Positions 46,877-56,594 of a DNA stretch of 64,000 nucleotides are shown piece after piece (positions within the stretch are counted from its first letter, which is position 1; each line of letters starts with the position of its first letter). This stretch comes from Candidatus Bathyarchaeia archaeon. GTDB lineage: Archaea > Thermoproteota > Bathyarchaeia > Bathyarchaeales > Bathycorpusculaceae. Location: positions 192,001 through 256,000 of the forward strand of contig JAVYWL010000001.1 of assembly GCA_038727135.1 (NCBI GenBank), in the 5' to 3' direction. The notes beneath the pieces were generated by a model that was not told the DNA's origin, searched no databases, and worked only from the letters and a program-made list of their open reading frames with translations. The position numbers and the translations under genes were made by a program.

Positions 46877-47377
46877 TTAAAGGGTCTCCGCCAGTGTGCA
46901 ATCTTCAAGACGCGGCTTTAGGTTAACGTACTCTTCAATTTTTACTCCAAACTCCCTTTCAAGAAAGTTTTCAAACTCTTGAAAGACGTTGCTGTCAGTA
47001 AAATTCAGTTTAACACAAGTGTTCCGCCCCTCCGTAAAGGGACTCAAATCATAGAGGGCAACCCTTTTTGAAAGCTCGGGATTCTCAAGGAAAAAGTTTA
47101 AGAGGCTTTGGGGCGGCGTTTCAGAGAAAACCCAAGCCATATAAGAGGCTTCAACAACACGATAAGATAAGCCTTCACGAACAACACACTTTCTGTTTTG
47201 GGCTATATTACGGAAGGATGAAGGGTGAATGTTTCGAGTTAATAGGAAATTGTGATATTTGTGGTCAACCTCAACCCAATCCTCGCTTTCAGAAGTTCTC
47301 CAACCCAGGAACCTGCAAGTCTCCTTAAACTTTTTCAGAATTTCCCAAATCCTTGATGTTTTCATCTTCTGCCACAA
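46877..47377 (-). CDS. Hypothetical protein
   Basis: 166 aa ORF; no recognised motif. Confidence 0.55.
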   Translation of the reverse strand: MWQKMKTSRIWEILKKFKETCRFLGWRTSESEDWVEVDHKYHNFLLTRNIHPSSFRNIAQNRKCVVREGLSYRVVEASYMAWVFSETPPQSLLNFFLENPELSKRVALYDLSPFTEGRNTCVKLNFTDSNVFQEFENFLEREFGVKIEEYVNLKPRLEDCTLAETL

Positions 47378-47716
47378 ACCTCTCTGTTAGAATCTTCTAG
47401 AGAATATTCTATCCCACAGATTTAAACTTATTTGCCAGTTTATCTGCAAAAATGTAGGTTTAAAAATTCAAAATTGAAAAGTTGTAGGCTAAAAATTATT
47501 TTTTAGACAATTTTCCGAAAAATGAAAGGACTACTGCGAGGTATTTTATGGAATAAGGACACATTAGTGGATTACCAGAGCGTTCCGTTGCATTCTCCGG
47601 TGATATTTAATCGAACATTTTCCGATTGTAAGCGGAAATTTTCTACACTTTTCCGACAACAAACAATATATTTCTAGCCGTATTTCTAGATAGGAAGCGC
47701 TCAGCAGGGCTGAGGT

Positions 47717-48238
47717 TTGCGCGTCAAAAATAACATGTTAAGCCTTGACTCAACAGACATTAAAATATTGGAAATGCTACAGGAAGATGCAAGGCAAACC
47801 TACACAACCATTGGCAAACGCCTCGGAATAGCCCACTCCACAGTCTACGACAGAATAAAGCGAATGGAGCAACACGGCGTAATAAAAAAGTACACCGCGC
47901 TTATAGACGCTGAAAAAACCGGAGTCAAAAACATAACAGCCATAATGACAATAATCACAGACCCAAAAGAAAGCGAGAAAGTAGCAGAAAAACTCTGCAC
48001 AGTCCCGCAGGTCACAGAGGTCTACACATCCCTATCAGAGGAACTCCAAATAATAGCAAAAGTAATAGCCGAAAGCCAAGAAAGCCTCCACGAGTTCATC
48101 GCAAGCACAGTTGCGCCGCTACCTGGAGTTCTGCGAATCCGAACATCAATAGTTACAAAAAAGTTTAAGGAAACCCAACCTTTAATAGTAAATGACCCGA
48201 AAAAGTTAACACCAACAGAAAACAAAAATGAGCAATAA
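47717..48238 (+). CDS. Lrp/AsnC family transcriptional regulator
   Basis: LDSTDIKILEMLQEDAR...STVYDRIKRME..GVI HTH plus RAM domain. Confidence 0.9.
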   Translation: MRVKNNMLSLDSTDIKILEMLQEDARQTYTTIGKRLGIAHSTVYDRIKRMEQHGVIKKYTALIDAEKTGVKNITAIMTIITDPKESEKVAEKLCTVPQVTEVYTSLSEELQIIAKVIAESQESLHEFIASTVAPLPGVLRIRTSIVTKKFKETQPLIVNDPKKLTPTENKNEQ

Positions 48239-48593
48239 GAAGGAAGAAACAAAAGTGAAAAACGAAACGGAAATAAAAGCCCTAAAAACCGTTCCAAGAG
48301 AGAAAGCCTTCTACTTCTTCACATCAATAGGAAATTACACTGGCGAAAGCGCCTCATCCCTAAAAGAGTTTATGGAAAAAATAAACGAAGTTAATGTAAA
48401 ATCTTTAGAGTTTCATCTCTACCGCGGAGACTTCGAAAAATGGATAAACGAAGTTCTGGAAGACGCTGCACTAGCTGAAGAAGTGAGAAAATTGAAAACA
48501 GCAAACTTGACAGGAGAAAGCCTTCGAAACCAATTATACATAACGGTAGCTAGAGAATTAAAGCGTTTAACAAACGCAGTCTCACCCACATAA
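48228..48593 (+). CDS. DUF5752-like protein
   Basis: FYFFTSIGNYTGESASSLKEF, SLEFHLYRGDFEKWI. Confidence 0.7.
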   Translation: MSNKKEETKVKNETEIKALKTVPREKAFYFFTSIGNYTGESASSLKEFMEKINEVNVKSLEFHLYRGDFEKWINEVLEDAALAEEVRKLKTANLTGESLRNQLYITVARELKRLTNAVSPT

Positions 48594-49486
48594 AAATTCT
48601 TATACAATGCTGATTTTAAGGAAGCTTCTGATTCTTGCGCTTCTTTAATCAAGTCCGATATTTTCAAGCTCCTAACAGGTGGAGAGTCAGGATAAAATCG
48701 GAGATGTGAAGGAATTTTAAACGACCAATCCGGATAGGCCCCTCCAACGGCTTGCTCTATAGTTTTATTTCCATAGAAAAGGCGTTGTATCAGTTTTATT
48801 ATTTCCCAATCTGAATGCGTTATTGAAACCCAGCTATCCCAGCCTATATAAACAGTTGCACCCTTACTACGGAAAGCTTCCGCCATATGTATACCTGCCG
48901 TTTGATTCAGGGTTTGACATCCCATCGCAATAACTATGCTCTTTGGAAAAGTGCCCTCTAACTCCTTTACGAAATCTGGTGTGAAAGCAAAATACTCTTT
49001 AATTGTTCCGGAAATATTTAGCTCGCCCTTAACCAGAAGCCCTTCATTTTGTAGTTCTGCATATTTCGTTTCATCATACCGTTCAGATGTAAAGAAGTCT
49101 ACTGTTGAACCGTCTTTTCGCAGTGCAGCATGGGTTCTTAAAATTATTATGCCATAATTGCCTTTAGCCAGCTTCTTGAAAAATTCAACTTTCGTCTGAG
49201 TATGATTGTAATATTCAACTGTAAAATTGTATTTTTTCAAAATGGTGGTCGTGACGTTAACAAAAGTTTTGTTGTAAAAGTCTTCGCTAAGTTGGTCGAT
49301 TATTGTAGCTCTAAGTGAGAACTTAATCTCGCCCTCTGAGGCTCGCCAGAAAAACTGGTATATTACGGCGCCCAGAATTATGATGACAGCTAGGGTTATT
49401 GAAACTACTAGCAATTTCTTGTTTAGTAGGGATTTCTTCGCCTCTTTTTCCTGAACTTTCTTAATTTTCCGAGTTTTTTCTGGCAT
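48419..49486 (-). CDS. Membrane-anchored extracellular hypothetical protein
   Basis: Basic N-terminus plus one TM; IILRTH, MGC, YIGW; N-glycosylation sequons. Confidence 0.65.
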   Translation of the reverse strand: MPEKTRKIKKVQEKEAKKSLLNKKLLVVSITLAVIIILGAVIYQFFWRASEGEIKFSLRATIIDQLSEDFYNKTFVNVTTTILKKYNFTVEYYNHTQTKVEFFKKLAKGNYGIIILRTHAALRKDGSTVDFFTSERYDETKYAELQNEGLLVKGELNISGTIKEYFAFTPDFVKELEGTFPKSIVIAMGCQTLNQTAGIHMAEAFRSKGATVYIGWDSWVSITHSDWEIIKLIQRLFYGNKTIEQAVGGAYPDWSFKIPSHLRFYPDSPPVRSLKISDLIKEAQESEASLKSALYKNFYVGETAFVKRFNSLATVMYNWFRRLSPVKFAVFNFLTSSASAASSRTSFIHFSKSPR

Positions 49487-49542
49487 GGGTTGGAGTAACC
49501 TTTAACAGGGTTTCTTATGGATAGAATATGAGAAGTTGAGGG

Positions 49543-52515
49543 TTATTTTCCCTTGCGTTTTGTTAGACTTAAAAGCGCGCCGAACAATGCCATCAACATT
49601 GCGTATACAATTGTCGGCGTTATAGGAGCATTTTTGGTTAAGGCTACCGAGTATCCACCAACCGGGATGGATGAAACTATTACTTTGGCGGGGTCTGACT
49701 GGGCTGTGTTGCCTGCCGCATCCGTAACCTTCAGCACCACGTAATATGTGCCAGTTGCTGTTGGCGTGAACGTGAAGCTACTAGATGTTGCTCCAGGAAC
49801 CGGGTTATTGTTCACAAACCATTGGTATGTGTAGAGCGGTGTTCCTCCGCTGACGGTTGATGTGAAGATTACCTGCTGTCCAACCAGTATTGACGCGGTC
49901 ATGGGGCTTATCGAAACTGTTGGCGGCGTTGGCGCCGTCTTAAAGAAGGCTTTCAATACATAATTATTGTTCATTGTCACCGTATAGGTTGTGGCTGTGC
50001 CTACATTCGTGCCATTAAGCTCCCAGTGGTCGAAGAGGTAACCACTGCTTGGAATTGCAGCAACTTGAACTTGCGTACCAGCCGCGTAAGTGTATGTGCC
50101 GGGCGCAGGATTTGTCGTGCCACCCGCCGTGGTCTCAATTTTAAGCGTGTAGGTTGGCACCGCCGCCTTGTAGTGGGCTGTAGCTGTGTGAGGAGCATTC
50201 ATTGTTACCGTTATTGGGTTAACACCAGTTCCTTGCGATGTCCCGTCAACATCCCAATATTGGAACGCGTAACCCGCCACAGCTGGTGCGGTTAGCTGAA
50301 CACTTTGCGCGGGGTTATACCAGCCCTCTCCCGGGATTGTTGCGATTCCGGGCGGGTCGGTGCGCACAGTTAGATAGTATTGGACTTGATAGGAGGCGCT
50401 CACCGTGAAGGGAGCATTAACGATTTGCGGCGATGACGGATTAACGCTTGACAATATGTAGCGTACTCCTGGAGCAGCTCCTGGAACAACATCTTGGTAA
50501 GCGTATGTGATTTGGGAGCCCGCCAAAACCCAGACTGTGAAGGGCACCGTTTCTGTCGGATCCGTGTCAGCCGTGTAGGTGACTGTTGGCGCCACACCGG
50601 AGCCCGTCTGAGTAAAAGTTACAGCATACTGGGTCTTCCAGTTTGCCACAGCCGTTTTCGGCGAATTCATTACTATTGGGTTGCTTTGGGCATAGTTGGT
50701 CCCTGACGCATCGCCGCCCCAGCTTACAAAAACTCTTCTTGTTCCGTTTCCATGGTCAACCAAGCCTGTATTCAACGTCGCGTAGGCTGTTGTTCCGCTT
50801 TGATACCAGCCCTCACCGCCCACCGTGCCGAAGGGGGAGGACACCGTTAAATAATATTCGAAGACATAGTGGGCGGTGGCTGTGTGATTGTCGTCCATAA
50901 CAACTGTTATTGGGTTGCCAGTCTTTGGCGTTCCATCAACATCCCAATAGCTAAACTTGTAGCGAACACCAGGTGAAACCGAAACGATGTCTGGAGCTGT
51001 AAGCGTGACTTCTGTGCCCTCGTCGTACCAGCCTTCGCCTGGGATTGTTGTTACATCCTCAGGATCTGTTTTTACATCTAAATAGTATTTTATTATTGGT
51101 GTTGGGAAAAATAGGACAGTTGAATCTAAATTGTGAGGGTTATGAGTTACGCGGCCTTTGCTTTTTGGAGGTGGCGGATAATCGGCGCTGCCGAAGGCGT
51201 CGAAATGAACTCTAACGTCTGTTGGATTAGTGAACGTTATGGAAACTGTTGCGTCTATATAGCTGCATGCACTTATGTTTCCTACCATGGCGGTGGTAAA
51301 CCATGTGGGGTATACGTCCTCCTCCCATTCTATTTGAAAACCGTATGGTTGTGGAGTGCCATATGTGAAGGAGCTTTTTGGTATTGAGATATCGTTTATC
51401 GTTAAGGATTGGAGGTTTTCGTAGGCTAGGTTGTTAATGGCTATTATTAGGTGGGTGTCATATGATTTGACACTTGAGTGTATGTTGGATATTCTCACGG
51501 TGAAAGATCCAGAAACTCCGGTGATGTTTAGGAGCCAACATTGACTTAGCCAGCGATCTGGATTTGGCCCCACATAAGTGCCAGCAGGCAACGAAACCCT
51601 TAAGATAGCTGGGTTTGTCACGGATACAATCTGCGAAGAAAAGGCCGTTAAACCATCATTATCTGTTACGGTCAAGGTTACCGTATAGTTAACTGTTGAG
51701 CCAGCTGTTGTGTAAACATGTGTTATAATAGGGTCTGTTACTGTTGTTATATTTCCATCTCCAAAATCCCATGTGTAACTAACAATACTGCCGTCAGGGT
51801 CATATGACGCGGAGGCATTAAACGTCACAGTTTCATAAATAAACGGGTTTATCGGGGAATATGTGAATGTGGCTACTGGTGGTTGATTTGCAAGGACAAA
51901 CACTACACCTTCAACCTTTGTTTGATCAGCCAAAGGCAACGTAGGATCGTCAACAAGCAACTTGACATATTTAGAGCTTTGCGGACTTGTAACTTCAATG
52001 TAGAAATCAATTTCTAAGTAGTCTGTTTGATCAACAATCATGTAACCGGGCCAATTATACATTCCTGTCAACGTCATCCAGGTGTTAACAAGGTTTATGT
52101 TAGGCGAGTTTGCAACATTTGTAGCAATAGTTGATCTTATCGTGCCATCGCCTTTTCTAATTAATACGTCAATATCGCAATGCGCAACAACATACGATGC
52201 GGATGCGCTTTTCATTGCCCTATAAGTGACAGTCCAAGTCGAAGCAGGAATGGACTCTATCCCAGAAAGAGGATAAACCCACTTGCCCATCAATTTCCTA
52301 CCAGTAGTTGCGGCAGAAGCAGACAAAACGGTTGCAGGACCATCAGCCGAAAAAGACTTAAATAGATAATAACAGGAGCCCCCCACAGTCGTTGTTTCCG
52401 CGTGGGCATATAAAACAGATGAATCATACCCCTTAACTGTAACTGAAAAAATGGAAACCATCAAGAAACTCGATAGAAAAGGTAAGACCAATAAATACTT
52501 AAACTTTGAATACAA
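49543..52515 (-). CDS. Large surface protein with PKD domain, several B-repeat-like domains and PVGG-TM anchor
   Basis: Signal peptide; FNASASYDPDG...WDFGDG PKD; repeated GEGWY...F..W..DG units; IPVGG + TM + KRKGK. Confidence 0.85.
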   Translation of the reverse strand: MYSKFKYLLVLPFLSSFLMVSIFSVTVKGYDSSVLYAHAETTTVGGSCYYLFKSFSADGPATVLSASAATTGRKLMGKWVYPLSGIESIPASTWTVTYRAMKSASASYVVAHCDIDVLIRKGDGTIRSTIATNVANSPNINLVNTWMTLTGMYNWPGYMIVDQTDYLEIDFYIEVTSPQSSKYVKLLVDDPTLPLADQTKVEGVVFVLANQPPVATFTYSPINPFIYETVTFNASASYDPDGSIVSYTWDFGDGNITTVTDPIITHVYTTAGSTVNYTVTLTVTDNDGLTAFSSQIVSVTNPAILRVSLPAGTYVGPNPDRWLSQCWLLNITGVSGSFTVRISNIHSSVKSYDTHLIIAINNLAYENLQSLTINDISIPKSSFTYGTPQPYGFQIEWEEDVYPTWFTTAMVGNISACSYIDATVSITFTNPTDVRVHFDAFGSADYPPPPKSKGRVTHNPHNLDSTVLFFPTPIIKYYLDVKTDPEDVTTIPGEGWYDEGTEVTLTAPDIVSVSPGVRYKFSYWDVDGTPKTGNPITVVMDDNHTATAHYVFEYYLTVSSPFGTVGGEGWYQSGTTAYATLNTGLVDHGNGTRRVFVSWGGDASGTNYAQSNPIVMNSPKTAVANWKTQYAVTFTQTGSGVAPTVTYTADTDPTETVPFTVWVLAGSQITYAYQDVVPGAAPGVRYILSSVNPSSPQIVNAPFTVSASYQVQYYLTVRTDPPGIATIPGEGWYNPAQSVQLTAPAVAGYAFQYWDVDGTSQGTGVNPITVTMNAPHTATAHYKAAVPTYTLKIETTAGGTTNPAPGTYTYAAGTQVQVAAIPSSGYLFDHWELNGTNVGTATTYTVTMNNNYVLKAFFKTAPTPPTVSISPMTASILVGQQVIFTSTVSGGTPLYTYQWFVNNNPVPGATSSSFTFTPTATGTYYVVLKVTDAAGNTAQSDPAKVIVSSIPVGGYSVALTKNAPITPTIVYAMLMALFGALLSLTKRKGK

Positions 52516-52622
52516 ACGCCCTCCCCCTTCGGCAAAAAATAATACGCCTTAAATAAATATAAGCCTTGCTAGAATTATCTTCTATAGTTTTATGTTCAGT
52601 TTAAAAGGATAAAAAGTGGGGA

Positions 52623-53669
52623 TTAATTTTTAGGTTTCTTTCGAAATCTGATAACCGTTGCTGCTGAGGCAAACGCCAGCAATAAAATGTATATTATTGG
52701 TGAAGCAAATTCAGGAACTACCGTGTAAACGTAGTAGGCACCCGCATTGTCTTTAACCGCGCAATTTTCTGCATTATCATATGCCTCTATCTTATACTTT
52801 ATTGTCACGCCTTGGGCATGCCCCGGTATAGTTACCTCCCATAATCCGCTAGTGCTGTTAAACTCCATCGGAATAGAGTACCATGTTGTATCATTGGTAA
52901 AGTATAATGTGACGTTTTTAACGCCAGTTTCAGGGTCGGTAACATTTACTAAAACCTTCACTTCCTGGCCCGGCTGAACATTTGTTGAAGGAATTTGCGT
53001 AGGATTGCCTATGCGTGGTGGTATATTGTCTACATACGCATATGTGTATGTGGCGCCTAGTTTTGTTATCGGCTGTATCTCGTCCAAGTCTGGGTTTAAT
53101 ATATATGTGTCAACGTTGTTTATGTCCAGCGGGCTTTCTAATGTTCCATCTTCCGGCGGCTCTGCAATTATTTCAAATTCCACCCATGCCAGACTAGCGC
53201 ATATTCCAGCAGGGACGTAGTAGTCGGCTAAGCATGATTCTGCAAAAAGGACGTAGTCATCCTCAATTACGGGTGATACAGCGCCTGTCCCACCGCCGGT
53301 TCTATGACTTGCCCATTCACTATAAGCTCCCATCGGACCCGTATATCCTGCCCTTAAAGCTGTCAAGTGCGAAGTGTTGTAATAAAGTTTGAATTGCCAT
53401 GTATACATATTTTGTGACGTTACATTAAGCCATATCGTTACATTAAATTTGGATCCAACAGGCATTTCGAATGCATTAATAGCTACAGTTGAAGGCTCAA
53501 CCCATATGGAATCCGCAGGTGCACTCTGGGCTGCTTTAAAATTCACAAATACCGCTGCTGATATCGCTATGCCTAATAACGCCAAGACTAGTGGAGTTTT
53601 CTTATTCACCATTAGTTCCACCTTAGCTTTGATAATGCTCTTTATATTTTTAAAACTTGTGGTTTGCAA
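52623..53669 (-). CDS. Cohesin-like domain surface protein with PEF-CTERM-like anchor (likely start 53612)
   Basis: FNVTIWLN...YTWQFKLYYN cohesin-like pattern; VPEF + TM + RFRKKPK. Confidence 0.75.
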   Translation of the reverse strand: MQTTSFKNIKSIIKAKVELMVNKKTPLVLALLGIAISAAVFVNFKAAQSAPADSIWVEPSTVAINAFEMPVGSKFNVTIWLNVTSQNMYTWQFKLYYNTSHLTALRAGYTGPMGAYSEWASHRTGGGTGAVSPVIEDDYVLFAESCLADYYVPAGICASLAWVEFEIIAEPPEDGTLESPLDINNVDTYILNPDLDEIQPITKLGATYTYAYVDNIPPRIGNPTQIPSTNVQPGQEVKVLVNVTDPETGVKNVTLYFTNDTTWYSIPMEFNSTSGLWEVTIPGHAQGVTIKYKIEAYDNAENCAVKDNAGAYYVYTVVPEFASPIIYILLLAFASAATVIRFRKKPKN

Positions 53670-53708
53670 ATTAAGAACAAATACTCAGAATAAAAATTGG
53701 AGAATGTT

Positions 53709-55793
53709 TCAGCATTTTTTCCCAAAGTTTTTACATACCACTGCTAAGTCTCTTACGTCTACGTAGTTATCCGGTACCAGGTACTTCTCGCTTGTTATAT
53801 CAGCTTCGGGGTTCCATCGTGGATGCCCAGGGTAACTTCCAAATGCCTTACCTACTATCGCAATGTCTCTTGCCTCTACTTGACCATCTCCGTTTACATC
53901 TCCTAGTACTCTTATTTTTACTCCTCCGTCTATTAAGATGTTGTTGGTTAAGTTGTATTCGTATTGGATTGTTGAGATCTCCGCCTTGATAATGAAAGTG
54001 TTGCATGGTTTTAAGCCTGTAGTGTTCCAGGCGAAGGTTAAGTTAATTTGAGCTTTTGGCGGCATATTGGTTATGGGACAAGTTGCTATTATCGTTTGGT
54101 TGCCGTATATCGTGACGCTGAATGACTCACTGTATTCGCCAAAGTTTTCAATGGAAACGGTTATGTTTACTGGCATGCCTGGGAAAGCCCAGCTTCTGGA
54201 TAGGTTTACAGAGTTTACACCTACATCCCTAATCTTGGTTAGTACCACTACAGGATCTGAGCATAGCAAGTTGTTTGTTACATTATACTCGTATGGAACC
54301 GGCGAAGCTTCAGCCTTTATTATGTAGATTCCTTCATTAACTCCTGTGGTGTTCCACTTTATAATTGTTGAAAAGGTAGTGTTTGGAGCTAAATTAATGA
54401 CTGGAAACGTGACTATTAATGTTTCGTTAAAGTATACCCCAATAGTGAAGCTTTCACTTAAGTTGCCAAGGTTTGCGACGACAACGGATATTTCTAGGGT
54501 CCAGTTTTGGTAAATCCAGCTGCGGGATGGAGTGACCTCTATGATGGCAACGTCTCTTATAACAGTCATTATAAATCCATCTTCGGTTTGGTGGGAAATG
54601 GGGACGCCGTTAACATCTGTTATTAGAGTGTTGTTTAAGTGTAGCAGACTGTATCCCATGTCACTTATTAGGAAGTAGATTGTTGCAAGGTCTTCTGGTT
54701 TGGTTGCAGTAATTGGAGTCGATGGGGGATAATAGGTTACCTTAACCCATATATAGCCAGCCGCATCGTCTATTGTCATTTTTGAAGTGAAATGCGTTTG
54801 GTTTTGAATAATATTAATTAGTGCGCCCAGACATGTCAACATTTCTGTGTTGTAATTTAACTGGAATTCGTACCCGTACATGTCTCTCACTCCTTCAACA
54901 GTAATGTTTATTTTAACAATCGACGGAGGCAGCAGTGTTGGATCTGTAATTTCTGGAGGGTTGACAAATATTCTTGCAGGTTTGTACTCGTAAACAGTTA
55001 TGTCCTTTGTTTCTGTATCGGTTAAACCATCGTTATCCGTAACTCTTAAAGAAACCGTGTAGGTTCCTGCGGCCGTATATTTATGTGTCACAACCTTTCC
55101 AGTTGCTGTTCCACCGTCCCCGAAGTTCCATTCATACTTTACTATCGTGCCGTCCGGATCGTAGCTTTTGGAGGCATTGAAAGTTATGAGCTCATTAATT
55201 GCGGGAGATTTTGGCGTATATTCGAAGTAGGCTACTGGCGGAGCAGCATTTTCAAAGTATCCATCCTTAACTTGAGCTGGAATCGTGTCTAGATCATAGT
55301 TTAAGAGGAACGTGTCTTCGCCATATGGCCTTGAAAAGTTTAGGTGAGAAATTCCCCTACCTACAACGGTGAAATTTATTTGGCATAATACTCCGCTTCC
55401 GCTGACTTTTTGATCGCCAATAAGCGAGGCGGCAAACAACACATAACCTGCGACATTATCTATGATTGGACTGACCGACGAAAATGTTTTCCCAGCAAAT
55501 ATATGGTAAGGCGGGTAAGTCGCCCCAATACAGTTGAGCACTGTGGGTTTGAAGAGAATTTTGACTTGCCATGTAAAGAGGTCTATGACGTCAATTACAC
55601 TGACGTTTATAACTATTTTTGAACCGGGTGTTAAAGATACATCTATTATTTTTTCTGGTTCTATTTTAAGCGTGGTTGCTGGACTTGCATTTGATGGTGA
55701 AGTTGAGACAAGTAATATTGTCGATGTGATTAACATCAGCATTAACAATTTTGCAACGTTTTGAGTTTTGCTCAAGATTCCCTCTCCTTTCAA
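53709..55793 (-). CDS. Secreted cohesin-PKD-cohesin-2xCARDB-like-dockerin protein
   Basis: Two cohesin-like units (WQVKILF, YEFQLNY), WNFGDG PKD, two V.N.G..SESF units, C-terminal GDVNGDGQVEARD dockerin. Confidence 0.8.
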   Translation of the reverse strand: MKGEGILSKTQNVAKLLMLMLITSTILLVSTSPSNASPATTLKIEPEKIIDVSLTPGSKIVINVSVIDVIDLFTWQVKILFKPTVLNCIGATYPPYHIFAGKTFSSVSPIIDNVAGYVLFAASLIGDQKVSGSGVLCQINFTVVGRGISHLNFSRPYGEDTFLLNYDLDTIPAQVKDGYFENAAPPVAYFEYTPKSPAINELITFNASKSYDPDGTIVKYEWNFGDGGTATGKVVTHKYTAAGTYTVSLRVTDNDGLTDTETKDITVYEYKPARIFVNPPEITDPTLLPPSIVKINITVEGVRDMYGYEFQLNYNTEMLTCLGALINIIQNQTHFTSKMTIDDAAGYIWVKVTYYPPSTPITATKPEDLATIYFLISDMGYSLLHLNNTLITDVNGVPISHQTEDGFIMTVIRDVAIIEVTPSRSWIYQNWTLEISVVVANLGNLSESFTIGVYFNETLIVTFPVINLAPNTTFSTIIKWNTTGVNEGIYIIKAEASPVPYEYNVTNNLLCSDPVVVLTKIRDVGVNSVNLSRSWAFPGMPVNITVSIENFGEYSESFSVTIYGNQTIIATCPITNMPPKAQINLTFAWNTTGLKPCNTFIIKAEISTIQYEYNLTNNILIDGGVKIRVLGDVNGDGQVEARDIAIVGKAFGSYPGHPRWNPEADITSEKYLVPDNYVDVRDLAVVCKNFGKKC

Positions 55794-55903
55794 TGTTTAT
55801 ACCGTTTTTCTTGCTTTTAAATTTTTATAGAATAATGTTCTAATTTGAGAAGATTTGAACAAGCTTTTAAATTTCACTTACACTTATAAATAAGGGAGGA
55901 AAC

Positions 55904-56581
55904 TTGGAATCATATCTCCTATACTCGCTTGTTGCGATGTCCATTATGGCTGTTATCTCGTTATTTTTGTCCATAATTTTTCGTCGTAAACTGAATAGAA
56001 TAAACATGCTCGGCTCTTATGTTAAGCCTGAAATTTATAGTAGGAGCTTCGTTGTTTTTGACCCTTATTCTTCTAAGATTACGGTTTTTCATAGGTTTTT
56101 GCTTTTGGCTGTTGTGGCTGTTTGGTCTGGATGCCTCTTACTTCTTTATGTTTTCTTCAAGGTTTTGGAGTATGGGCTTCTGTTCCCTTTAATTTTGATA
56201 ATTATTTGCTTGAACATTATGCCCCTTGAGGTGACATTTGAAGCTTATGAGAACTCTAAGATTTTTATTCAAGCTTTACTACGTGGAGGAAAGCTGGGCG
56301 TCGGTGACGTTGAAGTTTTAGAGAAGCTTAAAAGGATTTTAAAGAGGCTAAGTAATTATTGTTTTGGGTTATTCTTAGCCTTTCTTTTTTCTGCTCTATT
56401 TTTTGTTGCTGCGCGTTATTGGCTTAACATAAATTTGAATTCATTCTTCGCAGCATTCCCTAATTTTCTAGCTTCTTGGGGATTTTTTGGCATTTTCTTT
56501 TTAACTTGCTTATTTGCGGCTTTGTTTGTGTTTGGTCTTGCAGTTACCTCGAGAATTAAAAAATTTTTATTGGACTTGTAG
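55904..56581 (+). CDS. Polytopic membrane hypothetical protein
   Basis: About 5 hydrophobic helices; only plus-strand gene in the surface cluster. Confidence 0.65.
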   Translation: MESYLLYSLVAMSIMAVISLFLSIIFRRKLNRINMLGSYVKPEIYSRSFVVFDPYSSKITVFHRFLLLAVVAVWSGCLLLLYVFFKVLEYGLLFPLILIIICLNIMPLEVTFEAYENSKIFIQALLRGGKLGVGDVEVLEKLKRILKRLSNYCFGLFLAFLFSALFFVAARYWLNINLNSFFAAFPNFLASWGFFGIFFLTCLFAALFVFGLAVTSRIKKFLLDL

Positions 56582-56594
56582 GCAAAGTTTCATT

